Shown here one piece after another: positions 34,337-43,606 of a stretch of 43,681 nt of DNA (position 1 is its first letter; every line of letters starts with the position of its first letter). This DNA comes from a virus. Lineage: Duplodnaviria > Caudoviricetes. Below the pieces are notes generated by a model. That model was not told the DNA's origin, did not search any database, and was given only the letters and a program-made list of their open reading frames with translations. Made by a program: the position numbers and the translations under genes. The stretch covers positions 1 through 43,681 of the IMG/VR virus record IMGVR_UViG_3300049172_000049. One strand, given 5' to 3'.

Positions 34337-34744
34337 TCAGGGGGCGGCGAGGGCGCGGCCGCGCAGGGACACCTCGACGGCGAACGAGCTGCGTTCCTGC
34401 CCGCTCACCGGGTCGGGCGCCGAGTCCGGCCCGCCGACGTCGACGACGTCGTACGCCACCGCGCCGCGCCACCCTGGGATCGCGAACACGAGCGCCCGCA
34501 CGACCTTGACGAGGTCGGCGACGGCGCCCTCGTCGGGCCCCCAACAGTGGATGTCCAGCCGCGGCCGGTCCGTGACCCTGTCGAGCCGGCTGCCGCCGAC
34601 CCGCTCGATCCGCACGAACCGAGCCGGCCTCGCGCTCGGTACGCGGGTGACGACCGGTACGTCGTCGCCCCGCTCGACGAGCTGCTCGCGCAGGTACCGG
34701 CGCACGATGTCGACGCCGTCGGGGAACTCGACCGGCGCCGCCAT
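34337..34744 (-). CDS. Tail terminator
   Basis: VVTRVPSARPARFVRIERVGG...DRPRLDIHCWG. Confidence 0.8.
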   Translation of the reverse strand: MAAPVEFPDGVDIVRRYLREQLVERGDDVPVVTRVPSARPARFVRIERVGGSRLDRVTDRPRLDIHCWGPDEGAVADLVKVVRALVFAIPGWRGAVAYDVVDVGGPDSAPDPVSGQERSSFAVEVSLRGRALAAP

Positions 34745-35010
34745 CACTCGACCCCGCGGGCGGCGTCGAGGGCGCGCAGCAGTGCCCGCCGCGACACCTC
34801 GGGGTCGTTGGTCGAGTAGTCGCCGATCACGGCGCCTCGGGCCCGGCGGTCGCCGGTCTCGACGTCGACTCGGAACTGCCCGCCGGCCTCGGATGCCGAG
34901 GCGGCCGCGGCGGCGACTGCCCTCGTCTTCCGCTCGATCAGCGCCCGCATTTCCGGCGTGCGCAGGAACGAGGCGATGTTCTGTCGGTTGGGCACGAACC
35001 TGTTCGCCAC
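34744..35010 (-). CDS. Neck / HK97 gp10-like tail component
   Basis: 88 aa at the conserved position, ending ALLRALDAARG. Confidence 0.7.
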   Translation of the reverse strand: MANRFVPNRQNIASFLRTPEMRALIERKTRAVAAAAASASEAGGQFRVDVETGDRRARGAVIGDYSTNDPEVSRRALLRALDAARGVE

Positions 35011-35016
35011 GGCCGG

Positions 35017-35376
35017 TCACCCCTCGACGCTCTTGAGCCTGATCTCGTAGTGGTGGAACTCGGCCGGCGTGTAGGCCGGACCGGGCGGGCCGATCACCTC
35101 GAATGACAGCTCGCCCCACTGCACGCGGGCCGAGCCGTGCACCGTGAGCGAGGCGCCCGCGGTGTCGACCGGGTTGCAGATCATGAGCCATTCGCCGATC
35201 TGTGCCGACCGCTGGTCGGTGTCCTCGGCGCCCGTGTTCTGCTGCAGCCACGCGGCGACCTCGGCGTGCGTCGTCGCGCCCGGCGACCAGTCGTCGACCT
35301 CGTTCTCGTACCGGTCGGTCGTCCGGCCGGGGTGCTCGACGTCGACGAGGTGCGGCAGCATCTCGTCGGGGATCAC
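35017..35376 (-). CDS. Head-to-tail stopper
   Basis: DRYENEVDDW...FEVIGPP...HHYEIRLKSVEG. Confidence 0.75.
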   Translation of the reverse strand: MIPDEMLPHLVDVEHPGRTTDRYENEVDDWSPGATTHAEVAAWLQQNTGAEDTDQRSAQIGEWLMICNPVDTAGASLTVHGSARVQWGELSFEVIGPPGPAYTPAEFHHYEIRLKSVEG

Positions 35377-35789
35377 AGCAACCGCCGCCCGAAGCACGCC
35401 GGATCGGGTCGCCACCCCGGCAGCCCCTCGTCGACGAGCCCGAGCGAGTACGCCGCGTCGGCGTCCGGGTCGGTCTCGTCCTCGGGCTGCAGTTGGGCGA
35501 TCTCGTCCTCTGTGAGGTACAGCCCGCCGTCCTCCCCGAGCGACTCGGAGTACTGCCCGATCGTGCGCTGCCGGTACCCGCCGGGGTTGGCCATGACCCG
35601 CCGGACGACCGCGACGCAGATCGCCCGCAGCGTCGCCTCGTCGGGCGTGTGCCCGCTCGGGATGTGCCGCCGCATGATCGCCGTCGCGTCGTCGAGGTAC
35701 GCCTCGACCTGCGCCCGTTTCGGGCTGCCCTCGGGGAGGGTGACGGCGGCGCGCGCGGTGTAGTCGCCGACTGTTGCGAACGCCGCCAT
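35373..35789 (-). CDS. Head-to-tail adaptor
   Basis: AFATVGD...LDDAT...VVRRVMANPGGY...GGLYLTEDEI. Confidence 0.82.
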   Translation of the reverse strand: MAAFATVGDYTARAAVTLPEGSPKRAQVEAYLDDATAIMRRHIPSGHTPDEATLRAICVAVVRRVMANPGGYRQRTIGQYSESLGEDGGLYLTEDEIAQLQPEDETDPDADAAYSLGLVDEGLPGWRPDPACFGRRLL

Positions 35790-35793
35790 CGCC

Positions 35794-36123
35794 CTACTCC
35801 TTCGGCTGCTCGGGCTCGACGACGCCGGCCGCCTCGGCGGCCGCGATGATGTCCTCGCGGCTCGCGTCGGCGGCGACCTCGACGTCGTGCTGCTCGGCGA
35901 ACGCCCGCCATGCCTCGACGCCCGAGCCGCGGCCCGAGCGAGGCGGCGCCTCGTCGCCCGATGCCCCGCCCGCGCCCGTGGGCGTGGGCACCTCGGCCGA
36001 GGAATCGGCGTCGGCCCATGCGTGGGCGCCGATCCGCTTTGCCACGTTCGGCGGCACCTCGCTGTCGGGCCCGTACGCCGTGCCGTCGACGTGCACGTAC
36101 GCGATCAGTCGCCGCCCGCTCAT
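35794..36123 (-). CDS. Post-capsid hypothetical protein with C-terminal helix-extension-helix-like motif
   Basis: GVEAWRAFAEQHDVEVAADASREDIIAA, ATGA overlap with the capsid gene. Confidence 0.75.
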   Translation of the reverse strand: MSGRRLIAYVHVDGTAYGPDSEVPPNVAKRIGAHAWADADSSAEVPTPTGAGGASGDEAPPRSGRGSGVEAWRAFAEQHDVEVAADASREDIIAAAEAAGVVEPEQPKE

Positions 36124-37172
36124 GCGATCACCTGCGCCTTGAAGGTCAGGTTCGGCTCGCGCAGGATCGGCAGACCGACCGCCGCGGCGTGCGTCCACAG
36201 CCGGATCGGGTCCTTCGACTTGTACGTCGCCGCGACGACGCCGGGCTGCTCGCTCGCGACGAGGCTGTACTCGGATTCGAGCGCCTCGGCGGTCGTGCCG
36301 AGCAGCGTCGCACCGAGTTCGGTCGGCTGCCCCGCGGTCGTCGCGCCCGCCTCGGGCAGCAGCGCGATCGCGTTGCTCGGGGTGATCCGGGTCGAGACGC
36401 CGTCGACCTTGACGCGCGCGTCGTACACCTCGAACGGCGGCAGGTTCAGCGAGCGCAGCACGCTGTTCGCCTGCTCGGCGTTCAGCATCGGCGCCGTGCC
36501 CGCGGGGGCGAGCGGGAACACCTGCCGAATCACCTGCTCGCACATCGCGAAGTGCTCGACGACCGCGTTCGGCGCGAGGATCACGGCCGGCGACTCGCCG
36601 TTCGTGTCCTCGTAGGTGTTGACCCACGAGCGCAGGTCGGTGAGCGGCGTCGCGTTCGCGTGATCCGACCACAGCGTCGCGGCGACGACCGAGTGCGAGG
36701 CGGACCGGCCGAAGTCGACGGTCTGCTGCAGCTCGGTGACCGGTGCCTGCGCGTTGACGAGCGCCTGCCCGCGCACGACCTCGAACCGCGCGCCGATGTT
36801 GCGGGCGAGGCGCTGCGCGTCACGAGCGATCAGCCGCAGCACGCGGTCGTCGTTCGTGTCGAGCTTCCGCAGCCGCAGCCGGTCGTACTCGTTCAGCGGG
36901 ATCTTTTCGGAGATCGGGGGCAGCTCGCCCATGACCTTGCCGATCCCCTCGCGGCGGCCGATCTTCGACTCGGCGTCCCACGAGCGGAACGACGCGGTCT
37001 CGGCGAGCCCGCCGCCGCCCTTGGTGTACTCGTACGCGATGTCGTCGACCTCGACGTTCGGCAGCCACCGCGAGAGCGTGAAGCGGTTCACCTGCAGATC
37101 GGCGAGCGCGGCCCGAATCAGGCCGGTGAGTTCGGTCGGTTCGATGAACTCAGTGTCGAGAGTCCAGCTCAT
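36120..37172 (-). CDS. Major capsid protein
   Basis: 350 aa after scaffold and decoration genes, FRSWDAES...GELPPISEK...VDFGR. Confidence 0.9.
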   Translation of the reverse strand: MSWTLDTEFIEPTELTGLIRAALADLQVNRFTLSRWLPNVEVDDIAYEYTKGGGGLAETASFRSWDAESKIGRREGIGKVMGELPPISEKIPLNEYDRLRLRKLDTNDDRVLRLIARDAQRLARNIGARFEVVRGQALVNAQAPVTELQQTVDFGRSASHSVVAATLWSDHANATPLTDLRSWVNTYEDTNGESPAVILAPNAVVEHFAMCEQVIRQVFPLAPAGTAPMLNAEQANSVLRSLNLPPFEVYDARVKVDGVSTRITPSNAIALLPEAGATTAGQPTELGATLLGTTAEALESEYSLVASEQPGVVAATYKSKDPIRLWTHAAAVGLPILREPNLTFKAQVIA

Positions 37173-37188
37173 CTCAGATCATCCCCTC

Positions 37189-37581
37189 TCAGACGAACCG
37201 GATCGTGCCGGCAACGTCGGTCTTGCCGGCGGCGTCGACCGCGACGGGCAGTCGCGACGCGCGCACCTTGCCGTGCGTGAGCATCGCGGCCGACGGGTCA
37301 ACGGTGGTGACGTCGGGCGCCTTGACCGCGGCGTACAGGAACCCGACGAGGGTCTGCCTGCCGTCGCTCGCGGCGCCGTCGTAGGGCCCGTACTTGCCCG
37401 GCGTCGCGGTGATCTCGCCGAGCGGGATGCCCGACTTGAAATACCCGTCGGGGTAGTGGGTGGCCTTGGTGAATGCCGAGGTGTCGAGCGAGATCGTCTC
37501 GGTCGAGTCCGTGCCGTGCGCGGACCCGAGCCACGACTGATCGTCCGACCCGAACATCTCAGTCGTCTGACCGAGAATCAT
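37189..37581 (-). CDS. Head decoration protein
   Basis: DQSWLGSAHG...KSGIPLG...YGPYD..ASDGRQTLVGFL. Confidence 0.8.
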   Translation of the reverse strand: MILGQTTEMFGSDDQSWLGSAHGTDSTETISLDTSAFTKATHYPDGYFKSGIPLGEITATPGKYGPYDGAASDGRQTLVGFLYAAVKAPDVTTVDPSAAMLTHGKVRASRLPVAVDAAGKTDVAGTIRFV

Positions 37582-37599
37582 GGTCTGTCCTCCGTGTTT

Positions 37600-38337
37600 T
37601 CAGCTCTTGTCGGAACCCTTGCCGAGCAGCTCGCGGTACAGATCGCGGCCGGCGTCGACGCCGCCGTTCTTGCTGCTGCCGCCCTTGCGTCCGCCGCGGC
37701 GGGCTCCCTGGTCGAATCCGCCGCCGCGGCGACGGCGCGTGTCGCGCCCGCCCTCGCGGTCGTCGTCCTCGTCGTTCTCGTCCTTGCCGGACTTCTTCGG
37801 GGCGAGCCGGTCGACGAGTTCAGCGATCGCGTCCTCGTCGACCTCGCCCTCGTCGTCGACGTACCGGCGCAGGTTGACGTCGTCGGCGACGTCCTTCGCG
37901 TTGTCGAGACGCCCCTTCGCGGCGGCGAGGAACGCCGAGCGGGCGACCCGCTCGCCGGACTTCACCCGTTCCTGCGCCACGGCGGCCGCGACCGCCTCGT
38001 CGACCTTCTTGTCGGCCTCGCTCATGCCCTCGCGCTTGATCCGCGCGAGTTCCTTCGCGGCGCCGGCGTTCGTCTTCGCGCGCGCCTCGTGCTTCTTCGC
38101 GAGCGCCTTCCACTTCGCGGCCTCGGCCTTGTCCTCGGCCTTGTCGTCGCCCTCGCCGCCCTCGTCGCCGTCGCCGTCGTCGTCCGTGTCGGACTCGTCG
38201 CCGTCGCCGTCCTGGTCGCCGTCCTGATCGCCGCCGTCGGCGTACCAGTAGGGCGAGAACGGCGTGACTGCGTAGGGGTGCGACCAGCCGGCTTCCGATT
38301 CGATGCCGGGCAGGTTGGGCAGCGTGCGCGTGCGCAT
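37600..38337 (-). CDS. Scaffolding protein
   Basis: Acidic N-terminal tract, KWKALAKKHEARAK, YVDDEGEVDEDAI, FDQGAR. Confidence 0.85.
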   Translation of the reverse strand: MRTRTLPNLPGIESEAGWSHPYAVTPFSPYWYADGGDQDGDQDGDGDESDTDDDGDGDEGGEGDDKAEDKAEAAKWKALAKKHEARAKTNAGAAKELARIKREGMSEADKKVDEAVAAAVAQERVKSGERVARSAFLAAAKGRLDNAKDVADDVNLRRYVDDEGEVDEDAIAELVDRLAPKKSGKDENDEDDDREGGRDTRRRRGGGFDQGARRGGRKGGSSKNGGVDAGRDLYRELLGKGSDKS

Positions 38338-38396
38338 GGTGGTGTCTCCCGTGTCGGGGTGGGTGAGCGGTTGCGTGCGCCGTGTCGGCGCGTCGA

Positions 38397-39200
38397 TCAC
38401 GGGCTCGGAACGTCGTCCGGGCCGGTGAACTCGTGACGGCGGACCGCGAGCAGCGGCCCGTACTCGCCGTGTTGGCGAGTGATGATCACGTCTCGATAGT
38501 CGGGAGCGCGGCCGCCCGCGTCCGACTCCCCGGTGCCTTTCGCAACAGCGTCGTGCGCCTCGCGCAGCAGCGCCTCGTCGATGACGTGCCCCGGATCCTT
38601 GCTGCCGACGAGCGGCTCGACCTTGCAGTCGCAGCCGGGGTGAATCGGCATGAGGTTCTCGACCCGGTACCGCTGTGTGCTCGCGAGCGTGCACAGCGCG
38701 CAGTTCTTCGTGCCGGTCAGCCGGCGCCGGAAGAACCGCGCCCCGCCTCGCTGCATGGACTGCTGCGCGGCGTGCGTACGGGCGAGCTGCAGGTCGGTCT
38801 CGGTGATGGACAGCAGCCGCGTACGCCCTTCGGCGACCGCCTGCGCGTACGCCTTGCCCTTGCTGAGCGCCGTCCAAGTGCTGACGAACGGGCGCGCGTA
38901 CACCTCTTCGGGCGGCACCCCGCGCAGCGCCTCGGGCAGTTGCACGCCGACCGGCGCCGCGGCGGTGCCGAGCATGTCGGCGATCATCGCCGACAGGTAC
39001 GCGTCGGTGATCTGCCCCATCTGCGCCTGCGCCGCGAGCACGGTCGGCAGCACTTGCTCGATGTACGCCGCGGCGTCGCCGTCGCGGTGTCCGCCGAGGC
39101 TGTCGAACGCGTCGAGGACGAACTGAATCACGCGCGCCCGCAGCGACGTCGACAGGGAGTCGTACCGCTCGGTGAGCGCCGTCTGCAGCGCCTCACCCAC
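38397..39200 (-). CDS. Head morphogenesis (MuF-like/minor capsid) protein
   Basis: CALCTLAS...PIHPGCDCKVEP, between portal and scaffold. Confidence 0.75.
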   Translation of the reverse strand: MGEALQTALTERYDSLSTSLRARVIQFVLDAFDSLGGHRDGDAAAYIEQVLPTVLAAQAQMGQITDAYLSAMIADMLGTAAAPVGVQLPEALRGVPPEEVYARPFVSTWTALSKGKAYAQAVAEGRTRLLSITETDLQLARTHAAQQSMQRGGARFFRRRLTGTKNCALCTLASTQRYRVENLMPIHPGCDCKVEPLVGSKDPGHVIDEALLREAHDAVAKGTGESDAGGRAPDYRDVIITRQHGEYGPLLAVRRHEFTGPDDVPSP

Positions 39201-40632
39201 CGGTACCCGCCCCCTCGTCGTCGGGCAGGTTGCCCGCCGTCGGCGCCGGGTTCGCGGGCAGCAGCGAGGCGGCGAGCAGCTTCTGCGCCGCGGCGCCGCC
39301 CGCGATCCTGCGCACTCGCTGCGGTGTCTCGCCGAGATCCTCGGCGATGACGTCGAGCGGGTAGCCGATGCTCGACAGCTTGGTCGCGGCGTCCGCCTGC
39401 ACAGCCGGACTCAGGTACTGCGGGTTCGCCCAACGCACCGTTGCCTCGGTGTAGTCCTCGGACACACCCGCCTGCGCGGCCGCGAGGGACATGACCTCTT
39501 CGAGTCCCTCGCCGAACGCGGCGATGTGCTCGCGCACCTTCGCAACGTGCATGATGTCGAGCGCCGAGACCGTGTCGGCGCTGATGTTGATCAGGTCGCT
39601 CGCGTAGTAGTACGCGGGTGTCTGGGACAAGATCAGCATGTCGCGCACGTCGGACTCGTGCTCTTTCAGGAACCCTGTCAGGTCGGTTGCGTCGAGCTGC
39701 CCGAACTGCGCGTTCTCGCCCTCGCTCACCCATACCGTGTTCGGGCCCGGCGTGAACGGCTGCTCGACGACAGTGAGCCCGGTGTCGGGATCCTTGCGCC
39801 GAGCGAACTTGTGCCCGCGCACCCACTTCTGCCGGAACCCGGAATACCGCGAGGCAGCCATGCGGTTAAGCACGCCCATGTTCACGCGGTCCTGTGTGTC
39901 CAGCACGCACGCGAACTCGGGCTCGGGGTCCTCGCCCAAATCCGGCATGCGGGCGAACTCGACGAGGGGCATGCGGCCGAGGTCGTGCGGCTCGCCCTCG
40001 TCGCTGTCGCCGACGTACACCCACGAGTCCGGCCCCCACGGCAGCCGGCGGCCGCTGCACCGCTCGGCGCTGCGGTACGGGAACGAGCGGTCGTCGTACA
40101 GCACGCGGGCGTACGCGTAGCCGTCGATGTCGTTGTGATACGCCTTCAACCCGACGAGCGGCTCACCGGTCTCGGGGTCGTACTCGACGACGCACTCGCT
40201 CGGGTGCTCGGGCGTGATGAGCGGGCTCGGCCGACGGTTGTCTTCCGTCCTGGTCGGATGCGGTCCGACGAGCATGTACCCGACCGACTGCGCCATCGAG
40301 CAGCGCCATACGAGTTTCTGCCGCGAGTCGAGGCGGTTCGCCTGCCACCATCGCGACGCCCGGTCGTCCGGCTCGCCGTCGGGCCCGGTCACGCCGAGGG
40401 CGAGCAGCCGGTGCACCGACGCGCCCGCGATCAGCCCGCAGAAGTTCGTGCGCGCCTTGCGCTGAAAGTCGATGAACGCCGCCTCGGCGTTCTTCGGCAA
40501 CTGCGGCAGAGGCGGCCGGCCGCGGTAGTACAGCCACCACTCGTCGAGCTGTCCTACCCGCTTACGCAGTCGACGCCCGAGGCGCAACAGCATGTAATCC
40601 GGGTTGTCTAGCTCCGGAGTCTCGTCGAGCAC
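39193..40632 (-). CDS. Portal protein (SPP1 gp6-like)
   Basis: GTG 40632, YYRG...RTNFC...WQANRLD...NISADT...ADAATKL. Confidence 0.9.
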   Translation of the reverse strand: MLDETPELDNPDYMLLRLGRRLRKRVGQLDEWWLYYRGRPPLPQLPKNAEAAFIDFQRKARTNFCGLIAGASVHRLLALGVTGPDGEPDDRASRWWQANRLDSRQKLVWRCSMAQSVGYMLVGPHPTRTEDNRRPSPLITPEHPSECVVEYDPETGEPLVGLKAYHNDIDGYAYARVLYDDRSFPYRSAERCSGRRLPWGPDSWVYVGDSDEGEPHDLGRMPLVEFARMPDLGEDPEPEFACVLDTQDRVNMGVLNRMAASRYSGFRQKWVRGHKFARRKDPDTGLTVVEQPFTPGPNTVWVSEGENAQFGQLDATDLTGFLKEHESDVRDMLILSQTPAYYYASDLINISADTVSALDIMHVAKVREHIAAFGEGLEEVMSLAAAQAGVSEDYTEATVRWANPQYLSPAVQADAATKLSSIGYPLDVIAEDLGETPQRVRRIAGGAAAQKLLAASLLPANPAPTAGNLPDDEGAGTGG

Positions 40633-40652
40633 AGCGCCCCCCTTCGGGTCGG

Positions 40653-42329
40653 TCAGAACGTGCCGCCGAACATCTCTTCTTCCTCGGCCGCGACGCCCTT
40701 CGCGATCGCGTCGAGGCGGCACTGCCACGCGAGTACGGCGGCGACTGCGGCGTCGATCTTCGCCGGGCTGTCGGGGTGCGCCTTGGCGATCTGCAGGCCC
40801 GAACGGCTCGGCCTGCGGCGGGCGTTGCACAGATGCCGTACGAGCGCCGACGTCCCGTCGTGAGTGAGTTCGCCCTCGGTGAGCGCGGTGTGGAACTTCT
40901 CCAGCGCTCGCACGATCAACGTGCTGCGGCCGCCGGTCATCCACCACTCGACCGGATGGTTCCGGGTCGCCTGCACCTGCAGCCGCGGGCCGTACGCCGC
41001 TTCCCAATCCGCCACGTGGCTTTCCCACTTGGCGGGGTCGGCGTAGAACCCGACGACGTCGTACGTCGCGAACGCCTCGTGCACCGCGGCGAGCACCTCG
41101 ACGACCGGCACCTGCCAGTCGATCGGAGCGCCGTCCGGGCCGAGCTGCGGCCGCTCGGGCTGCTCCCACACGCCGATCGTGAACAGGTGCCCGTCGGACA
41201 GTCGGCAGCCGATCAGCGCGGTCGCGTCGGTCACGCCGCGCGCCCGCTTCCGCGAGCCGTCGAACCCGAGCACGATGCGGTCGCCGGGCTGCACCGAGCG
41301 GCCGAGGTCGGACGACGCCCGCACCTCGGGCTCGGTGAGCCACGCGTCGGCGGCGTGGGTGATCTGGTTCAACAGGTCGGCGCGCAGATCCTGCGGCTCG
41401 TTCGAGGTGTCCCAGAATTCCGACGTGAGCCGCTCGATCGGCGACCATCCCGGCGAGCACGGCGGGTCGTGCAGCACGCACCCGTCGGGGTGATCGCTGC
41501 TGTCGCCGTACGCGTACCGCAGCCCGGCGACGAGCGACTGCTCGTCGGTCATGTCGGTCTCGGGCGGCGCCTCGCGGTGATCGGCGAGGATGCCCCGCGC
41601 CCGCGACCGGCCGTCGATGATCGCCTGATAGTCGGCCGCTGACTTCTCAGCAACCGACCCGACGCCCGGCGTGTACGCGTTCGGTGTCTCGATCAGCGAC
41701 CCGCCCAACTTCGCGGCGTTGAACCGCATCACCTTCGCGAGCCGTACGCCGCCGTTCGTCGCGGTCCATTCCTCGGTCTGGTCGAGCGACGCGAAACAGG
41801 CGGGGTCGCCCTTTGTCGACGTCGCGCTCGACGTGATCGGGGAGACCTCGCCGCGCGGCAGATAGATCACGGTGTCGAGGACGTCGAGCCCGTAGTCGGT
41901 CGACAGCGACCGGCCGCGCGCCATCTCCAAAAGCGGGATCCACGTGTTGTCGGTCTGCTGCTCGGTCACCGCGGCGATACGCACGAGCGGCGTACGGATC
42001 GAGTGCCACGGCCGGCCGATCGGCTCGCCGTACGAGTCGAACCCGTCCGCGACGACGTCGGCGCACGCCTCGGTGAGCGCGATCGCCCCGACGAACGGGC
42101 TCTTGCCCCACCCTCGCGGCCGGCTGAGCAGCGCGCGGTGAATGACGCGCTTCCCGGTGATCGGGTGCACCTCGTAGTACCGCAGCAGAAACTCAGCCTG
42201 CTCGGCCGTCGGGATGAACGGCTCGCCGTCGTCCCGGCCGGGCTGCGCGAGGTTCTGCATCATCCAGTCGAGGACGTAGTACCCGAGCGTCGGACGCTCG
42301 CCCTCGTACTCGGGGCCACGCCACGGCAT
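40653..42329 (-). CDS. terL: Terminase large subunit
   Basis: Walker A RPRGWGKS, Walker B ASLDQ, nuclease LGFDGS...DAT, KIDAAVA. Confidence 0.95.
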   Translation of the reverse strand: MPWRGPEYEGERPTLGYYVLDWMMQNLAQPGRDDGEPFIPTAEQAEFLLRYYEVHPITGKRVIHRALLSRPRGWGKSPFVGAIALTEACADVVADGFDSYGEPIGRPWHSIRTPLVRIAAVTEQQTDNTWIPLLEMARGRSLSTDYGLDVLDTVIYLPRGEVSPITSSATSTKGDPACFASLDQTEEWTATNGGVRLAKVMRFNAAKLGGSLIETPNAYTPGVGSVAEKSAADYQAIIDGRSRARGILADHREAPPETDMTDEQSLVAGLRYAYGDSSDHPDGCVLHDPPCSPGWSPIERLTSEFWDTSNEPQDLRADLLNQITHAADAWLTEPEVRASSDLGRSVQPGDRIVLGFDGSRKRARGVTDATALIGCRLSDGHLFTIGVWEQPERPQLGPDGAPIDWQVPVVEVLAAVHEAFATYDVVGFYADPAKWESHVADWEAAYGPRLQVQATRNHPVEWWMTGGRSTLIVRALEKFHTALTEGELTHDGTSALVRHLCNARRRPSRSGLQIAKAHPDSPAKIDAAVAAVLAWQCRLDAIAKGVAAEEEEMFGGTF

Positions 42330-42338
42330 GACGCCCCC

Positions 42339-42833
42339 CTACGTGCCCGTGCTGTCGCCCTGGTCGGTCTTCCCGCCCGGCATCATCCGCAGGTTCCCGT
42401 ACCGCTCGCGCGCGGACGGACCGCCCGAGCTGCCGCGCCCCTGGTCGGCGCCGTCCGCCTCGGCGAACACCATGCGCAGCCGGGCCCGGTCCGCGGGCGT
42501 CGCGCCGAACGCGGCGACGCGCAGCCGCAGTTCGCCCGCTGCCGACAGATCGCCGCGCCACAGCCGGGCGTGAATCAGGGCGGTGTCGAGCAGGTACTGC
42601 CAGTCGGACGAACCGAAGTGCTCGGCCTGCGGCGAGTCGATCCACATCTGCCACCACTCGCGGGTGCGCTCGGGCCACACGAACTCGACGAGCTGCTCGT
42701 CGCGCTCGATCCGAAAGTCGGGCAGCTCGGGCGCCTCGGCCCGCTCCCACCTGAGCACGGTCTGCGGGATCGCGTCGGCGTTCCTGCGCGCCTTCCTGCC
42801 CGCCGGCTTCGGCGCCGGTCCCATGCCGCCCAT
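42339..42833 (-). CDS. terS: Terminase small subunit
   Basis: GPAPKP...WW..W..SPQA...DW.YLLDTA...ELRLRVAAFGATPADRARLR, SD GGAGG. Confidence 0.9.
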   Translation of the reverse strand: MGGMGPAPKPAGRKARRNADAIPQTVLRWERAEAPELPDFRIERDEQLVEFVWPERTREWWQMWIDSPQAEHFGSSDWQYLLDTALIHARLWRGDLSAAGELRLRVAAFGATPADRARLRMVFAEADGADQGRGSSGGPSARERYGNLRMMPGGKTDQGDSTGT

Positions 42834-42882
42834 GGCTGTACCTCCCGTGTCGGGTGTGCCGCAGCACGCCCGTGTCGGGGCG

Positions 42883-43476
42883 CTACAGCAGAGAGTCGAT
42901 TACGTGCTGCAGGTCGCCGAGGCGCTGCGGCGTGCCGCCGAACGTCCGCCCCGTGACCGCGATGTACCGGCCGGTCGCGTACACCTCGACCGAGCCGTCG
43001 TCGAGCTGCAGCCGACGCCCTGCATCGCCCGGCAGCCGGCCGTGCCCCCATACGTGCAGACCGTCGCCGCCCTGCGACACCTCGACCCACGTCGAGTCGC
43101 CGACCGCGTCGAGGATGTTGCGCGCCCAACCTGCGACCGCGCCCTCGTCGTCGAGGCAGTGATCGAGGTCGAGGCAGACGACGCCGTCGGCGGCGAGAAC
43201 GAACCCGAGCCCGGCGCCCGCGGTCGAGCGGGCAGCGTCGCGGTACGTCGACCATGTCTCGGGGTCGGTGCTGCTCGCCGTGCCGCCGTCGACGGACACC
43301 GGTACCTTGCGCGAGGTGCGCCGCACCCACCGCGGCCGGCTGGTCAGTTCGGCCGGGATCGAGCGGGCAGCGCGGTGAGCAGCAGCTCGGCACGCCGGCT
43401 TGCAGAACCGCGCGTGCCGCCGGGCCGTGATCGGCATCGGCTCGTCGCAGTGCTCGCAGGTGCGCCTCGTCGTCAT
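42883..43476 (-). CDS. Zn-finger + NrS-1-type primase-polymerase (AEP) catalytic domain
   Basis: CEHC...FCKPACR; IPAEL..RPRWV, ASSTDPETW, GLGFVL, CLDLDHC (DxD), EVSQGGDGLH, EVYATGRY. TATCAT -10 lies 6 nt before the ATG. Confidence 0.85.
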   Translation of the reverse strand: MTTRRTCEHCDEPMPITARRHARFCKPACRAAAHRAARSIPAELTSRPRWVRRTSRKVPVSVDGGTASSTDPETWSTYRDAARSTAGAGLGFVLAADGVVCLDLDHCLDDEGAVAGWARNILDAVGDSTWVEVSQGGDGLHVWGHGRLPGDAGRRLQLDDGSVEVYATGRYIAVTGRTFGGTPQRLGDLQHVIDSLL

Positions 43477-43543
43477 GGGTCCATGATACCGCGGCGTACG
43501 CTTTTAGCGCTCTGACCTGCATGTATCAGGTTCGTATCGGGAG

Positions 43544-43606
43544 TGCGGCAGGCTGAGAGGCGATGTGCGACCCCTCAATCGCGCGCCATCAAATCAGCCT
43601 GCCGCA
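43544..43606. repeat. 13-bp inverted repeat in the probable packaging/end region
   Basis: TGCGGCAGGCTGA(43544-43556)...TCAGCCTGCCGCA(43594-43606). Confidence 0.6.
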
